Below, in pieces: positions 35,675 to 45,282 of a stretch of DNA of 64,000 nt. Every line of letters starts with the position of its first letter. Position 1 is the first letter of the stretch. The translations under genes were made by a program, and so were the position numbers. The stretch is from a bacterium (GTDB taxonomy: Bacteria; Cyanobacteriota; Vampirovibrionia; Gastranaerophilales; JBAXKC01): contig JBAXKC010000005.1 of the NCBI GenBank assembly GCA_037137535.1, positions 38,346-102,345 on the forward strand, in the 5' to 3' direction. The notes under the pieces were generated by a model. The model saw only the letters and a list, made by a program, of their open reading frames with translations. It was not told the DNA's origin and ran no database searches.

Positions 35675-36799
35675 ATGAGTGAAAAATATTTTGACTATAC
35701 ATTAGAAAAAAAATCTGCTAAATCAAATGCAAGAGCAGGTACATTTAAAACTCCTCACGGAGAAATTAAAACACCCGTATTTATGCCTGTTGGTACTAAT
35801 TCTGCCGTTAAAATGATGACAGGACACCATTTGTATGAAACAAATGCGCAGATTATATTATCAAATTCATATCATTTATTTTTAAGACCAGGGCATAAAT
35901 TAATTGAAAAAGCAGGCGGTCTTCATAAATGGATGAATTGGCATAAGCCTATATTAACTGATTCAGGCGGATTTCAAGTCTTTAGTCTTGCTGCTTTAAG
36001 AAAAATAACTGAAGAAGGAGTAACCTTCAGAGATCCTAAGCGTGGTGATTCTTATTTTATTAATCCTGAAGTTTCTATGGAAATTCAGAATGCCCTTGGC
36101 CCTGATATTATGATGGCATTTGATGAATGCGCACCATATCCTTGTGATCACACTCATGCTAAGAAAGCCATGGAACGTACTCATAGATGGTTGGATAGAT
36201 GTTTTGCCGCTCATAAAAGACCTGACCAAGCATTATTTCCAATTGTTCAAGGTTCTACTTATGATGATTTGCGTGCAGAAAGCGTTAAATATATATCATC
36301 AGTAGAAGCTCATGGCTATGCAATCGGTGGTGTTAGTGTTGGTGAACCTAGAGAGCTTATTAATCATATTGTTGAAATAACAGCCCCCGAATTACCAGAA
36401 AATAAACCTAGATATTTAATGGGTGTCGGAACTCCCGAAGATTTACTTGATGGTGTCTTAAGGGGTATTGATATGTTTGATTGCGTTATGCCTACAAGAA
36501 ATGCAAGGCATGGTAGCTTTTTTACAAATAAAGGTCGTGGTGTAATTAAAAATAAAGAGTTTGAAGAAGATTTTACTCCTTTAGATCCCGACTGCACCTG
36601 TTATGCTTGTAGAAATCATACTAAAGCCTATATCAGACATCTCTTTAGAATGAAAGAAGCTACTGCGGCTATTCTTATGAGTATTCATAATATTCATTTC
36701 CTTGTAAACTTAATGTTTGAAGCAAGGGAAGCTGTTTTAAATGATAATTATGAAGCATTTTATGATAAGAAAATGACTGATTTGGGTATTATTCGTTAA
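35675..36799 (+). CDS. tgt: Queuine tRNA-ribosyltransferase
   Basis: TPVFMPVGT, LTDSGGFQV, YAIGGVSVGE, MGVGTPEDL and Zn site CTCYAC....H. Confidence 0.95.
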   Translation: MSEKYFDYTLEKKSAKSNARAGTFKTPHGEIKTPVFMPVGTNSAVKMMTGHHLYETNAQIILSNSYHLFLRPGHKLIEKAGGLHKWMNWHKPILTDSGGFQVFSLAALRKITEEGVTFRDPKRGDSYFINPEVSMEIQNALGPDIMMAFDECAPYPCDHTHAKKAMERTHRWLDRCFAAHKRPDQALFPIVQGSTYDDLRAESVKYISSVEAHGYAIGGVSVGEPRELINHIVEITAPELPENKPRYLMGVGTPEDLLDGVLRGIDMFDCVMPTRNARHGSFFTNKGRGVIKNKEFEEDFTPLDPDCTCYACRNHTKAYIRHLFRMKEATAAILMSIHNIHFLVNLMFEAREAVLNDNYEAFYDKKMTDLGIIR

Positions 36800-36830
36800 G
36801 AATATATTTTTAGTAGTTCATCAAATATTT

Positions 36831-36865
36831 AAAAACCTGCTTTCATAAGCAGGTTTTTGGTTTTC
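36831..36865. terminator. Bidirectional rho-independent terminator (tgt / cobO convergent pair)
   Basis: AAAAACCTGCTT-tcat-AAGCAGGTTTTT perfect 12-bp stem with flanking A and T tracts. Confidence 0.85.
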
Positions 36866-36878
36866 TTGGATAGTTATA

Positions 36879-37475
36879 TTAGAATTCTATTCCTTCTCTT
36901 GCAGGAATACCTATATCCCAATAGTGTTTTATCGGTTTTATTTCTGAGACAAGATGAGCTATTTCCACAATTTCAGGATGTGCTCTTCTGCCTGTCATTA
37001 CAATTTCTAAATCTAAAGGCTTGTTTTGTAAGAAGTCTTTGACATCATTTATTTCGATTAATCCAAGGTCTATTGCTATATTTATCTCATCAAGAACGAT
37101 AAGTTTATATTCATTAGATTTTGCTGCATCTTTTGCAATGTCCCAACCTTTAGCAATAGCAACCTGATCTTCATCATTGATATTAGAGCTATATACAATT
37201 CTATCAACGCCTGCTTGAACAATTTTTAGCTTATTGCTTAAATTTTGCATTAATTCTTTAAAAGAGTATAATTCACCGTAGTTGGTTCCACCCTTAGTAA
37301 ACATAACTATAAGGACATTCCAACCTCTGCCCAGTGCTCTCATTGTTAAACCGAGAGATGCGGTTGTTTTACCTTTGCCATCTCCTGTATAGACTTGAAT
37401 ATAGCCTCGTTCATCAAACTGAGGATTTATCAACTCCTGATCAGATAGATTTTGTTTTCTTGAATTTTTGGTCAT
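36879..37475 (-). CDS. cobO: Cob(I)yrinic acid a,c-diamide (corrinoid) adenosyltransferase, CobO/BtuR type
   Basis: P-loop YTGDGKGKTTASLG, plus LDEINIAIDLGLI and TGRRAHPEIVEIAHLVSE..PIKH. The ORF is open to 37541; ATG 37475 has an AAGGG RBS and matches family length. Confidence 0.82.
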   Translation of the reverse strand: MTKNSRKQNLSDQELINPQFDERGYIQVYTGDGKGKTTASLGLTMRALGRGWNVLIVMFTKGGTNYGELYSFKELMQNLSNKLKIVQAGVDRIVYSSNINDEDQVAIAKGWDIAKDAAKSNEYKLIVLDEINIAIDLGLIEINDVKDFLQNKPLDLEIVMTGRRAHPEIVEIAHLVSEIKPIKHYWDIGIPAREGIEF

Positions 37476-37648
37476 TGTCTTGCCCTTAAAATATCTATTA
37501 TTAATTTTATCATTAATAAAATAAAAAATTTTCTTTATCATAAAATTAATTGATTACTTTGAATTTTTGAATTGCCAAATATAATTAATATTAGTATTAA
37601 TAAACAAATATTAATACCATTATTTATTAAATTAATATCTCTAAACAT

Positions 37649-37683
37649 AAAAAATCCTGACATCAATTGTCAGGATTTTTTTA
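37649..37683. terminator. Rho-independent terminator downstream of the T1SS ABC-MFP operon
   Basis: ATCCTGACA-tcaat-TGTCAGGAT stem flanked by A6 and T7 runs. Confidence 0.78.
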
Positions 37684-37698
37684 GATTATATGCTTTGT

Positions 37699-39033
37699 TT
37701 ATCTTACGCTCATACCTTCATTTAAGTATTTAATCAGTGGGTAAATAAAGAACTCTATAATTCTTCTTTTTCCAACTTTGATTTCTGCACTTAAACTCAT
37801 ACCTGTTTTGAGATAAACTTTTTTACTTTCAACCATCAACGACTTATCGATAGGTGTTATGTAAACTTCATAGATAAGTCCTGCTTTCGGGTCTTGAATA
37901 CTGTCTTCTGAGATGCTTTTTACTTTTCCTTTTAAAATTCCGTACTTTTGGAAATCAAAGGTATCAATTTTAAGAGCTACCGGCATTCCTTCATGAATAA
38001 AGCCTATATCTCTGTTTTCAGCTGTGGCTTTAATTACAAGAGGAGTGTTTATCGGAACAATTGACATTAATTTTTCTGCTGACGTTACAACTCCACCAAC
38101 TGTGTGGACTGAAAGAGTATTAATATAACCATCAACAGGTGAAATAATGCGTTGTTTAGTATTTTTGTAAGTTGCTTCTTTAATTTGTGAAATAAGATCA
38201 GTAGAATTTTTTTGTTTATCAGAAAGTTCTTTTAAATTCTCAGCTTTAAAGTTAGCTCTAATGTATGATTGCTCTTCTAGTGCCTGATTTCTTTGATGAT
38301 GTAACTCATCTAATTTGAAATCAGCTTCTTTTATTTGGCTTTGTAGATTTAAAATATCTGAATGGCATTGATCAACTTCATTTTTTGCAATTATATTTAT
38401 AACTGCATTTAGTCGTCTTTCTTTATCTTTAAGAATAGTTAATTGATTTAAATTATTACTTCTTGAAGCTAAAGTAGATTTAATTTGCTCATCAACTTTT
38501 TTAAGCTCTAATTCTTTTACATCTAACTGTTTTTGCATACTATCCATAGATGAATTGTATAGTTGAGTCTGTGTATTTATTGAATAAACATCAGGTAATT
38601 TTTCACCTGTTGCAGTAGGTGGAACAAATCTAACACCTTGAGATGATGCATCTAACCTTTGTGATTCTAATTGAATATAATCAAGATTTTTTTTCATTGC
38701 ATCAAGCCTAGGAGCGGTAGTTGAAGGATCTATTTCCATCAAAATTTGTCCTTTTTTTACAAAAGAACCCTCTTTTACAAAAATATTAGTTATTACACCA
38801 GTATCTAAAGGTTGAATTACTTTAATATTTCCGTCAGGAATTATCTGTCCTCTTGTTGTTACTACAATGTCAACTTGTCCAAGGACTAACCAGAGTATAG
38901 TGCAAACAAATAAGATAACTACTGTCCAAAACATTGTTCTGCCAATAGGGCTTACAGGTGCATCTTCTATTTCTAATAAAATAGGCTTAAACTCGTGAGC
39001 GTCATCCATTCTCTTAAATAGTTTTTTAAGCAT
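37699..39033 (-). CDS. HlyD-family type I secretion membrane fusion protein
   Basis: N-terminal TM FWTVVILFVCTILWLVLG; lipoyl-like VKEGSFVKKGQILMEID; long coiled-coil; C-terminal beta-barrel block GMSLSAEIKVGKRRIIEFF. Overlaps the upstream ABC gene by 8 nt. Confidence 0.9.
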   Translation of the reverse strand: MLKKLFKRMDDAHEFKPILLEIEDAPVSPIGRTMFWTVVILFVCTILWLVLGQVDIVVTTRGQIIPDGNIKVIQPLDTGVITNIFVKEGSFVKKGQILMEIDPSTTAPRLDAMKKNLDYIQLESQRLDASSQGVRFVPPTATGEKLPDVYSINTQTQLYNSSMDSMQKQLDVKELELKKVDEQIKSTLASRSNNLNQLTILKDKERRLNAVINIIAKNEVDQCHSDILNLQSQIKEADFKLDELHHQRNQALEEQSYIRANFKAENLKELSDKQKNSTDLISQIKEATYKNTKQRIISPVDGYINTLSVHTVGGVVTSAEKLMSIVPINTPLVIKATAENRDIGFIHEGMPVALKIDTFDFQKYGILKGKVKSISEDSIQDPKAGLIYEVYITPIDKSLMVESKKVYLKTGMSLSAEIKVGKRRIIEFFIYPLIKYLNEGMSVR

Positions 39034-41140
39034 TTACCGGCTCCTGTTGTGTGTACAATTTATAATAATAGCCTTTTTTATCTATTAATTCCTGATGTGT
39101 TCCCATTTCAATTATTTTGCCCTCATCTAAAGCTACAATTAAATCGCAACCGACAACAGTAAATAATCTGTGAGCTATAACAAACATAGTTCTGCTGCTT
39201 TTAATCTGTCCGATATTATCTTGAATAATTTTTTCTGATTCGTAATCAAGTGCAGAAGTCGCTTCGTCAAAAATAAGGATTTTAGGATTTGTAATAATAG
39301 CTCTCGCTATTGCTATTCTTTGTCTTTGACCGCCGGAAAGAGTTGAACCTCTTTCACCGACTAGAGTGTCATAACCTTCAGGTAATTTTCTGATAAAGTC
39401 ATGTGCTCCTGCAATTTTTGCACATTCAATTATTAATTCAATTGAAGCATCAGGTTTTGGTAGTGCAATGTTATCTCTTATTGAGCCGCTAAATAAATAA
39501 TTCTCTTGTAATACTATTCCGATATTATTTCTTAACCATACTGGATTCATGTGTCTTGTATCGACATCATCAAGATAAACGGCACCTTCATTAGGAATAT
39601 ATAATCTTTGAATAAGTTTTGCGATTGTACTTTTACCGCTTCCGCTTCTTCCTACAAATCCGACACTCATTCCAGATTCAACCTTAAGGCTAAAATTATC
39701 GATAACATAAGGAGAATTAATATTGTATTTGAATGATAGGTTTTCTATCTTTATTGATCCATTAATGCTTGGTAATGTAATAGCTTTGCTATTTGTCGAT
39801 TCAATAGGGGAATTTAAAATATCACCTAATCTGTCAACACCAAGAAGTGCTTGTTGAAACTCGTTCCATAAACCTACAAGTCTTAAAACAGGACCTGTGA
39901 ATTGACCGGAGAACATTTGAAACGCAATAAGCTGACCTATACTTAGTTTATTATCAATTACAAGTTTAACTCCTAGGTATAGAACTATAATTGACATCAT
40001 TTTTTGAAAAGCTCCACATATTGCTCCAAGCAATACTCCTAAGTTAGCAAGGTTAAATCCTGATTTAACATAAGCACCTAGGTAATCATCCCATTTTTGT
40101 TGCATTGAACCTTCAATTGCAAGAGATTTAACGGTTTGAACTCCTGTAACAGACTCAACTAAATAGGAGTTTGATTGAGCTCCCATTTGAAATTTTTCGT
40201 TTAATCTGTTTCTAAGTTCAGGCGTAACTGTAACATAAAGTAATGCTAATAACGCCACAAATATTATAACTACCACAGATAGCTTAACACTATATAGAAC
40301 CATAAATACAACGAATATTAATGAGAAGAATACGTCAATGATTACTGATACAGCTTTACTGCATATAAAAGATCGAATATTTTCTAATTCTCTTATTCTT
40401 TCAATAATATTTCCGACTTTTCTCGATTCAAAATACATAAATGGTAAACCAAATAGATGTTTGAATAATTTTGAACCCAATTTTGCATCAATTTTGCTGA
40501 CTGTGTGAATAAAGATATAATTTCTTGAAATATTAAGAACAAGTTCAAATAGTGCAGTTCCGATAAAAGCTGCCGCTAATACGTCTAAAGTAAGCATACT
40601 TCTATGAACAATTACTTTATCCATAATTACTTGAGTAAATAAAGGTGTTACGAGTCCAAAAAGCTGAACAATAAACGAACCTATTAAAACTTCTGCTATA
40701 ACACGTTTATACTTTAAAATTTCGACAAAAAACCACTTGAAACCAAATCGAATGCTTTCTGACAACATTTTATGAAAAACTGCAATATATTCAAAAGAAA
40801 GTTCATCTATTTGTTCAAAAGTAAGTTCTTGGGTTACATTTGTATCACTGGCAGGTATATAAAGTAATGCTTTTTCTTCTGCTTTTTTGTCTTTTAACAC
40901 AACTCCGAAAGTATTATCTTTAAAGACTATTACAGCAGGTAACGGGTAATTTTCTATAAATTGACTTATAGGTATTTTTTTTAATTTAGCTTTAAATCCA
41001 TACCTTTTAATGATTTGAAGTAATTGTGCCTTAGATAATTCACTTTCATCTAAACAAAATTCTCTCACTATTGATCGTAGATCTACACTCATTCTACTTA
41101 ATTTAGCAATAATTTCGAAACATAAGAGAGCAGTTTGCAT
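39026..41140 (-). CDS. Type I secretion system ABC transporter (permease/ATPase) with N-terminal degenerate C39-like domain
   Basis: Six-TM ABC exporter core. Walker A GRSGSGKST, signature LSGGQRQR, Walker B ILIFDEATSALD. The N-terminal ~125 aa resembles the HlyB C39-like domain. Confidence 0.9.
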   Translation of the reverse strand: MQTALLCFEIIAKLSRMSVDLRSIVREFCLDESELSKAQLLQIIKRYGFKAKLKKIPISQFIENYPLPAVIVFKDNTFGVVLKDKKAEEKALLYIPASDTNVTQELTFEQIDELSFEYIAVFHKMLSESIRFGFKWFFVEILKYKRVIAEVLIGSFIVQLFGLVTPLFTQVIMDKVIVHRSMLTLDVLAAAFIGTALFELVLNISRNYIFIHTVSKIDAKLGSKLFKHLFGLPFMYFESRKVGNIIERIRELENIRSFICSKAVSVIIDVFFSLIFVVFMVLYSVKLSVVVIIFVALLALLYVTVTPELRNRLNEKFQMGAQSNSYLVESVTGVQTVKSLAIEGSMQQKWDDYLGAYVKSGFNLANLGVLLGAICGAFQKMMSIIVLYLGVKLVIDNKLSIGQLIAFQMFSGQFTGPVLRLVGLWNEFQQALLGVDRLGDILNSPIESTNSKAITLPSINGSIKIENLSFKYNINSPYVIDNFSLKVESGMSVGFVGRSGSGKSTIAKLIQRLYIPNEGAVYLDDVDTRHMNPVWLRNNIGIVLQENYLFSGSIRDNIALPKPDASIELIIECAKIAGAHDFIRKLPEGYDTLVGERGSTLSGGQRQRIAIARAIITNPKILIFDEATSALDYESEKIIQDNIGQIKSSRTMFVIAHRLFTVVGCDLIVALDEGKIIEMGTHQELIDKKGYYYKLYTQQEPVNA

Positions 41141-41382
41141 TAATATTCAACCCCAAATATAAATGATTTCAATAAATTTCATATCAAGCATTAATAGATT
41201 TATAAAAATTAAAAAATTTATTAAATTCTGATAGAACTATAAAATCTTAGCATGAAGACTTAGCCTCATCAATAAAGCCTACTACTTATACAGTATTTAT
41301 ATGACCGTTATTTTTTTATGGAGTCAATCTTTTATATGAATTTTTTTAACAACTTGTCGGATAAATAAAAAATTAAAAAATT

Positions 41383-42729
41383 ATGATTTATAATATTATT
41401 ATGAAAAAGAAATTTAATTTATCAATTGGATTAATTTGTGCAATGTTGCTGGCAACCGGCAACTTTGCTAAAGCTGAAACAATTACTTTTGACAACGTTT
41501 ATGATAAGACAAAAACTTATTCACAAGAGCTTAAAATTTCAAACATTGAAATAGGAATAAGCAAAACTGAATTAAAAAGTGCTAAAGCCGATTATTATCC
41601 AACTTTGACGGCTGGATCTTATGCTGAATACACAAGAGATTTAACAAAAAAAACAGGCGGTAGCGGAGGCTCTTCAATTTCTTCTGTTGGCTCAAGTGTT
41701 GTTTCCTCTGCTTCACAATATCAAAATCTTTTAAATATTAACCTATCTTATAATTTATTTGATTTTGGGGTAATCCATAAAAAAGTAGTTATGGCAAAAA
41801 AGGATGTAGAAGAAAAAAATATTCTATATAAACAAAGCCTTGTTGATTTGAAAATGAAATTGCTTGACGTATATACGAAGGGTTTAATTTTAAATAAAAG
41901 CATAAAAGCGTTAAATCAAATGTTACCAGTTGCCCAATCACTATATGATATGAAACAAGAACTTTATAAAGAGGGATTTGCTTCTAAATTACAAGTTTCT
42001 GATGAATCTATTAATGTAATGAAGCTTAAAAATGAAATATTGGATAATCAAATTGAATTCAAAAAAGTATTAACTGATCTTTCATCATATACACATGAAA
42101 ATTATGATATTGAAAATACTGAATTGTCTGATTTTGATAATCAAGATTATATTGTTCCTATTGCAAATAAAAGTAATAGGCAAAACTTAAAGTATAAAGT
42201 TTATCAACTAGAAATTGAAAAGAAAAAAGCTGAGTTAGAATCAATGAAAAGACAGAAATTACCAAATATAAAGCTATATACCAGTTTTGGATTATATGGT
42301 GCAGATAGAAGTGACTTTTTAAAATCAGTAAATAATATTGGTACAAGAAATCTTACTGCGGGCATTTCAGCATCTTTACCGTTATTTGACGGATTTAAAA
42401 ACTCTGCAAATTGCGACAGATTAAAAATGGAGCTTAAAAAACTTCAATTACAAAAAGAACAGGCTGAGGAAGATTATAATTCAAGTCTTGATAAATTAAC
42501 TGAAAGTTTATCTTCTTATAAAGAAGAAAAGAAAAACTATGATATTTTACTAGGTGAAGTAAGCGAAAAACTTGCTATGCTTAATCAATTATCACAAGAA
42601 AAACTGACTGATAAAGCATCTGTTGAGAAGCAAAAGCAAGAGTTAATCAAACAAAAGCTGGAATATGAAAAAAATAGAATTATAATAGCCTCTTCAATTA
42701 GAAAAATTGAAACTTTATTAGGCACTTAG
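41383..42729 (+). CDS. TolC-family outer membrane efflux/secretion protein
   Basis: Signal peptide MKKKFNLSIGLICAMLLATGNFAKA (M at 41401 may be the true start). Two OEP-type repeats with a YYPTL motif and long coiled helices. Divergent from the T1SS ABC gene. Confidence 0.8.
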   Translation: MIYNIIMKKKFNLSIGLICAMLLATGNFAKAETITFDNVYDKTKTYSQELKISNIEIGISKTELKSAKADYYPTLTAGSYAEYTRDLTKKTGGSGGSSISSVGSSVVSSASQYQNLLNINLSYNLFDFGVIHKKVVMAKKDVEEKNILYKQSLVDLKMKLLDVYTKGLILNKSIKALNQMLPVAQSLYDMKQELYKEGFASKLQVSDESINVMKLKNEILDNQIEFKKVLTDLSSYTHENYDIENTELSDFDNQDYIVPIANKSNRQNLKYKVYQLEIEKKKAELESMKRQKLPNIKLYTSFGLYGADRSDFLKSVNNIGTRNLTAGISASLPLFDGFKNSANCDRLKMELKKLQLQKEQAEEDYNSSLDKLTESLSSYKEEKKNYDILLGEVSEKLAMLNQLSQEKLTDKASVEKQKQELIKQKLEYEKNRIIIASSIRKIETLLGT

Positions 42730-42755
42730 CAGATCATATAATATTGGATTTTCTG

Positions 42756-42785
42756 AGGCAAAATGCTGTTTGTAGAATTTTGCCT
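42756..42785. terminator. Putative hairpin between convergent genes
   Basis: AGGCAAAAT-12 nt-ATTTTGCCT stem. No strong T-tract. Confidence 0.4.
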
Positions 42786-42829
42786 TAGAGTGTTTTCACT
42801 TGGTGATAAATAGTTTTAAGTGTTCTTTA

Positions 42830-43855
42830 TTAAAACTTCTTACAAGCAGGGCTTGTTATATCAGGAAGTATTATGAAAGAAGATTTTTTATTTTCATTTG
42901 TTGTTAATATAGGTTTCCAATAATCTTTTACAAGTAATTTAAAGTTCTTGTCTTTTTCAAATTTTAAATTTATTAAGGAAGTTTTTAGTTTGGCACTACT
43001 TTGATAATATTTTCTCTCATAAATATATATAATTGCTTCTGAATTGGTAGAGTTAATTACTGATGAAATATAAGAAATAACGTGTTCATAATAATCTTGG
43101 GCTGTTATTGATAATAAAATATCCACATAAAAATTAAGATTATCCTTTGAATAAATTGTTATAAATCCTTCGGCTTCATTTCGTTCTTGATTTATAAATA
43201 CAAGTTTTTTAGGGTTGTATTTTCTTAAATAATCTAATAAACTGTTTTTTAGGCTTATTTTGTAATCATTTTTTGATTTTTTTAATGAAACTCTAAATTG
43301 TGGATACAATGTAAAAGTATCAAGCTCTAAAAGCTCTTCAGCGTCTTTAGACCTGATTTCTCTGATTTTATAGCCATCAAGTTTTATTTTTTCAACATCA
43401 TTACTTTTGAGTTTCCAGATGTCAATTTCACTTAAATACCTAAATCCACAACCATTTTGAAAAAGTGCAATAGTTTCTGTTTGCATGGACTCAAGTGCTG
43501 TTATGAAAGATTGAACACCGGCACCGCCATATTTATTTACAACATAATTAACTAACTGTTTGCCAATATCAAGATTATTCTGATCAAGAATTAGCCTGTT
43601 AATTCTCCATCTCGTGTTGTGTTTATTATCAGGCATAAGGCCTATCAAACCAAGGAGTTCACCTTTATTTACCGCTACATAATTTTGTTCAAGAAACCTC
43701 ATATTTAGAGGCATACTGTCATTGAATAAGGATAGCGGGAAAAAAGTGAACTTCCTGTCTGATATAATGCTATAAACATTTGCAGGCTCAATAAATTCAA
43801 TTTTTTGAGCCAGTTTTTTTATATCTGAAGGTATAAAACGTCTAATTTTTAGCAT
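42830..43855 (-). CDS. Putative tandem GNAT-fold acetyltransferase-like protein
   Basis: GNAT-like N-terminus IRRFIPSDIKKL, a beta-strand LLGLIGL, and a motif-A-like GKQLVNYVVNKYGGAGVQSF. The second half begins IREIRSKDAEELLELD. This is an assignment by pattern only. Confidence 0.5.
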   Translation of the reverse strand: MLKIRRFIPSDIKKLAQKIEFIEPANVYSIISDRKFTFFPLSLFNDSMPLNMRFLEQNYVAVNKGELLGLIGLMPDNKHNTRWRINRLILDQNNLDIGKQLVNYVVNKYGGAGVQSFITALESMQTETIALFQNGCGFRYLSEIDIWKLKSNDVEKIKLDGYKIREIRSKDAEELLELDTFTLYPQFRVSLKKSKNDYKISLKNSLLDYLRKYNPKKLVFINQERNEAEGFITIYSKDNLNFYVDILLSITAQDYYEHVISYISSVINSTNSEAIIYIYERKYYQSSAKLKTSLINLKFEKDKNFKLLVKDYWKPILTTNENKKSSFIILPDITSPACKKF

Positions 43856-43868
43856 TTAACTTCTTTAA

Positions 43869-44327
43869 TTATATTACTTCTACAATTAATTCAACTTCTA
43901 CTGAAGAATTCAGCGGTAATGTGTTTACACCAACAGCTGAACGAGCATGTTTGCCTTTATCTCCAAAGACGTCGCCTAATAAGTCAGAAGCTCCGTTAAT
44001 AACTTTTGGTTGATCTGTGAATAATGAATCACTATTTACAAATCCAACAACTTTAACAATTCTTACAACATTATCAAGTCCGACAATATCGTTAATTACA
44101 CTTAGAGCATTGATAACGCAAAGTTTAGCTCCTTCATAGCCATGTTCGATATTATTTTCAAATCCGCCAATTTTACCAGTATAAGCAAGTTTACCTTCTT
44201 TCATTGGTAAAACTCCTGAGGTGAAAACGAGATTTCCTGTTCTAACGGCAGGAATATATGTAGCAACCGGTTGTGGTGCAGGTGGAAGTTCTATTCCAAG
44301 TTCTTTTAATCTTTCAAGTATTGACAT
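43869..44327 (-). CDS. RidA/YjgF-family (endoribonuclease L-PSP fold) protein
   Basis: L.ELGIELP....P.A.Y.P.V..GNLVFTSG..P, plus C-terminal HARSAVGV..LP....VE.E. Typical for Rid-family members of about 150 aa. Confidence 0.85.
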   Translation of the reverse strand: MSILERLKELGIELPPAPQPVATYIPAVRTGNLVFTSGVLPMKEGKLAYTGKIGGFENNIEHGYEGAKLCVINALSVINDIVGLDNVVRIVKVVGFVNSDSLFTDQPKVINGASDLLGDVFGDKGKHARSAVGVNTLPLNSSVEVELIVEVI

Positions 44328-44377
44328 AATTTTTACTCCTTAACACAAAATTCCAACTTAAATTTTAACAGAAACAA

Positions 44378-45280
44378 TTATACGTTTCCAGCGTATACAT
44401 ATTGCAAACCTGCTTTTTTCCCAATTTCGACACCTTCATATATTTTTTCTAATGGAGTAGGCGGTAAATGAGCCATTTTGTATTGAGGAAAAAACCTTGT
44501 AACGTGCCACGGGGTATCTTTTCCAAGTTTAGTTGCAATCCATTCGGCAGTTTTTTCAAAATTGTCTACGCTATCATTTATGGTAGGAATAATGTTTGTA
44601 ATAATTTCAACATGCATTTCTAATTGCTTTGCTCTTTCAATTGTTTCACGAACTTTGTGTCCATTTTTGGCATTACAAAATTCTTCATAAAATTTATCAT
44701 CCATACTTTTTACATCGGCTCTGAATACATCAAGATATGGAGCAATTAGCTCTAGTGCTTCAACTGTCATATAGCCGTTGGTCACATATACAGTATAAAA
44801 GCCTTGTTCTTTTGCAAGTTTTGCCGAGTCTATTGTATATTCAAGCCATATTGCAGGTTCGTTATACGTCCAGCTCAAGCCTTGACAGTTATTTTTCGCA
44901 ATTATACTTACAAGATGTTCTGGTGATAATTGTCCGCTTTTATTTAAAAGTGCTTTTATTTGTGGATTAGCTAAACTTTCAGCAGACACTTGCGATATTT
45001 GCCAATTCTGACAATGTTTACAGTTAAAATTACAGCCAAAACTTCCAACAGAAAGAACTTTTGTTCCTCGTCTATAATTGTAAACAGGTTTTTTTTCTAT
45101 AGGGTCTGCGGCAATAGAAGAAATAAGTCCATAAGTATTTAAAACCATTTCCCCGTTAATATTTTTTCTTGAAAAGCATCGGGCTATTGTATTTTGCGGA
45201 ATAACGCATTTGTGATTACAGACATAGCATCGAACAAATCCATTTTTTAATTTTTCCCATAATAAGGCTTTATTACTCAT
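44378..45280 (-). CDS. AmmeMemoRadiSam-system radical SAM enzyme (AmrS-like)
   Basis: N-terminal Cys motif CYVCNHKC...C, DPIEKKP, and radical-SAM cluster GCNFNCKHCQNWQIS. Confidence 0.85.
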   Translation of the reverse strand: MSNKALLWEKLKNGFVRCYVCNHKCVIPQNTIARCFSRKNINGEMVLNTYGLISSIAADPIEKKPVYNYRRGTKVLSVGSFGCNFNCKHCQNWQISQVSAESLANPQIKALLNKSGQLSPEHLVSIIAKNNCQGLSWTYNEPAIWLEYTIDSAKLAKEQGFYTVYVTNGYMTVEALELIAPYLDVFRADVKSMDDKFYEEFCNAKNGHKVRETIERAKQLEMHVEIITNIIPTINDSVDNFEKTAEWIATKLGKDTPWHVTRFFPQYKMAHLPPTPLEKIYEGVEIGKKAGLQYVYAGNV

Positions 45281-45282
45281 AA

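Noticed and set aside
39026-41140. Reading the ABC transporter as a bacteriocin-processing (active C39 peptidase) exporter
   Set aside because: The expected catalytic His position appears to be Phe, and the Cys is out of register. No GG-leader peptide gene is nearby. A degenerate C39-like domain is the more likely interpretation, pending a real alignment.
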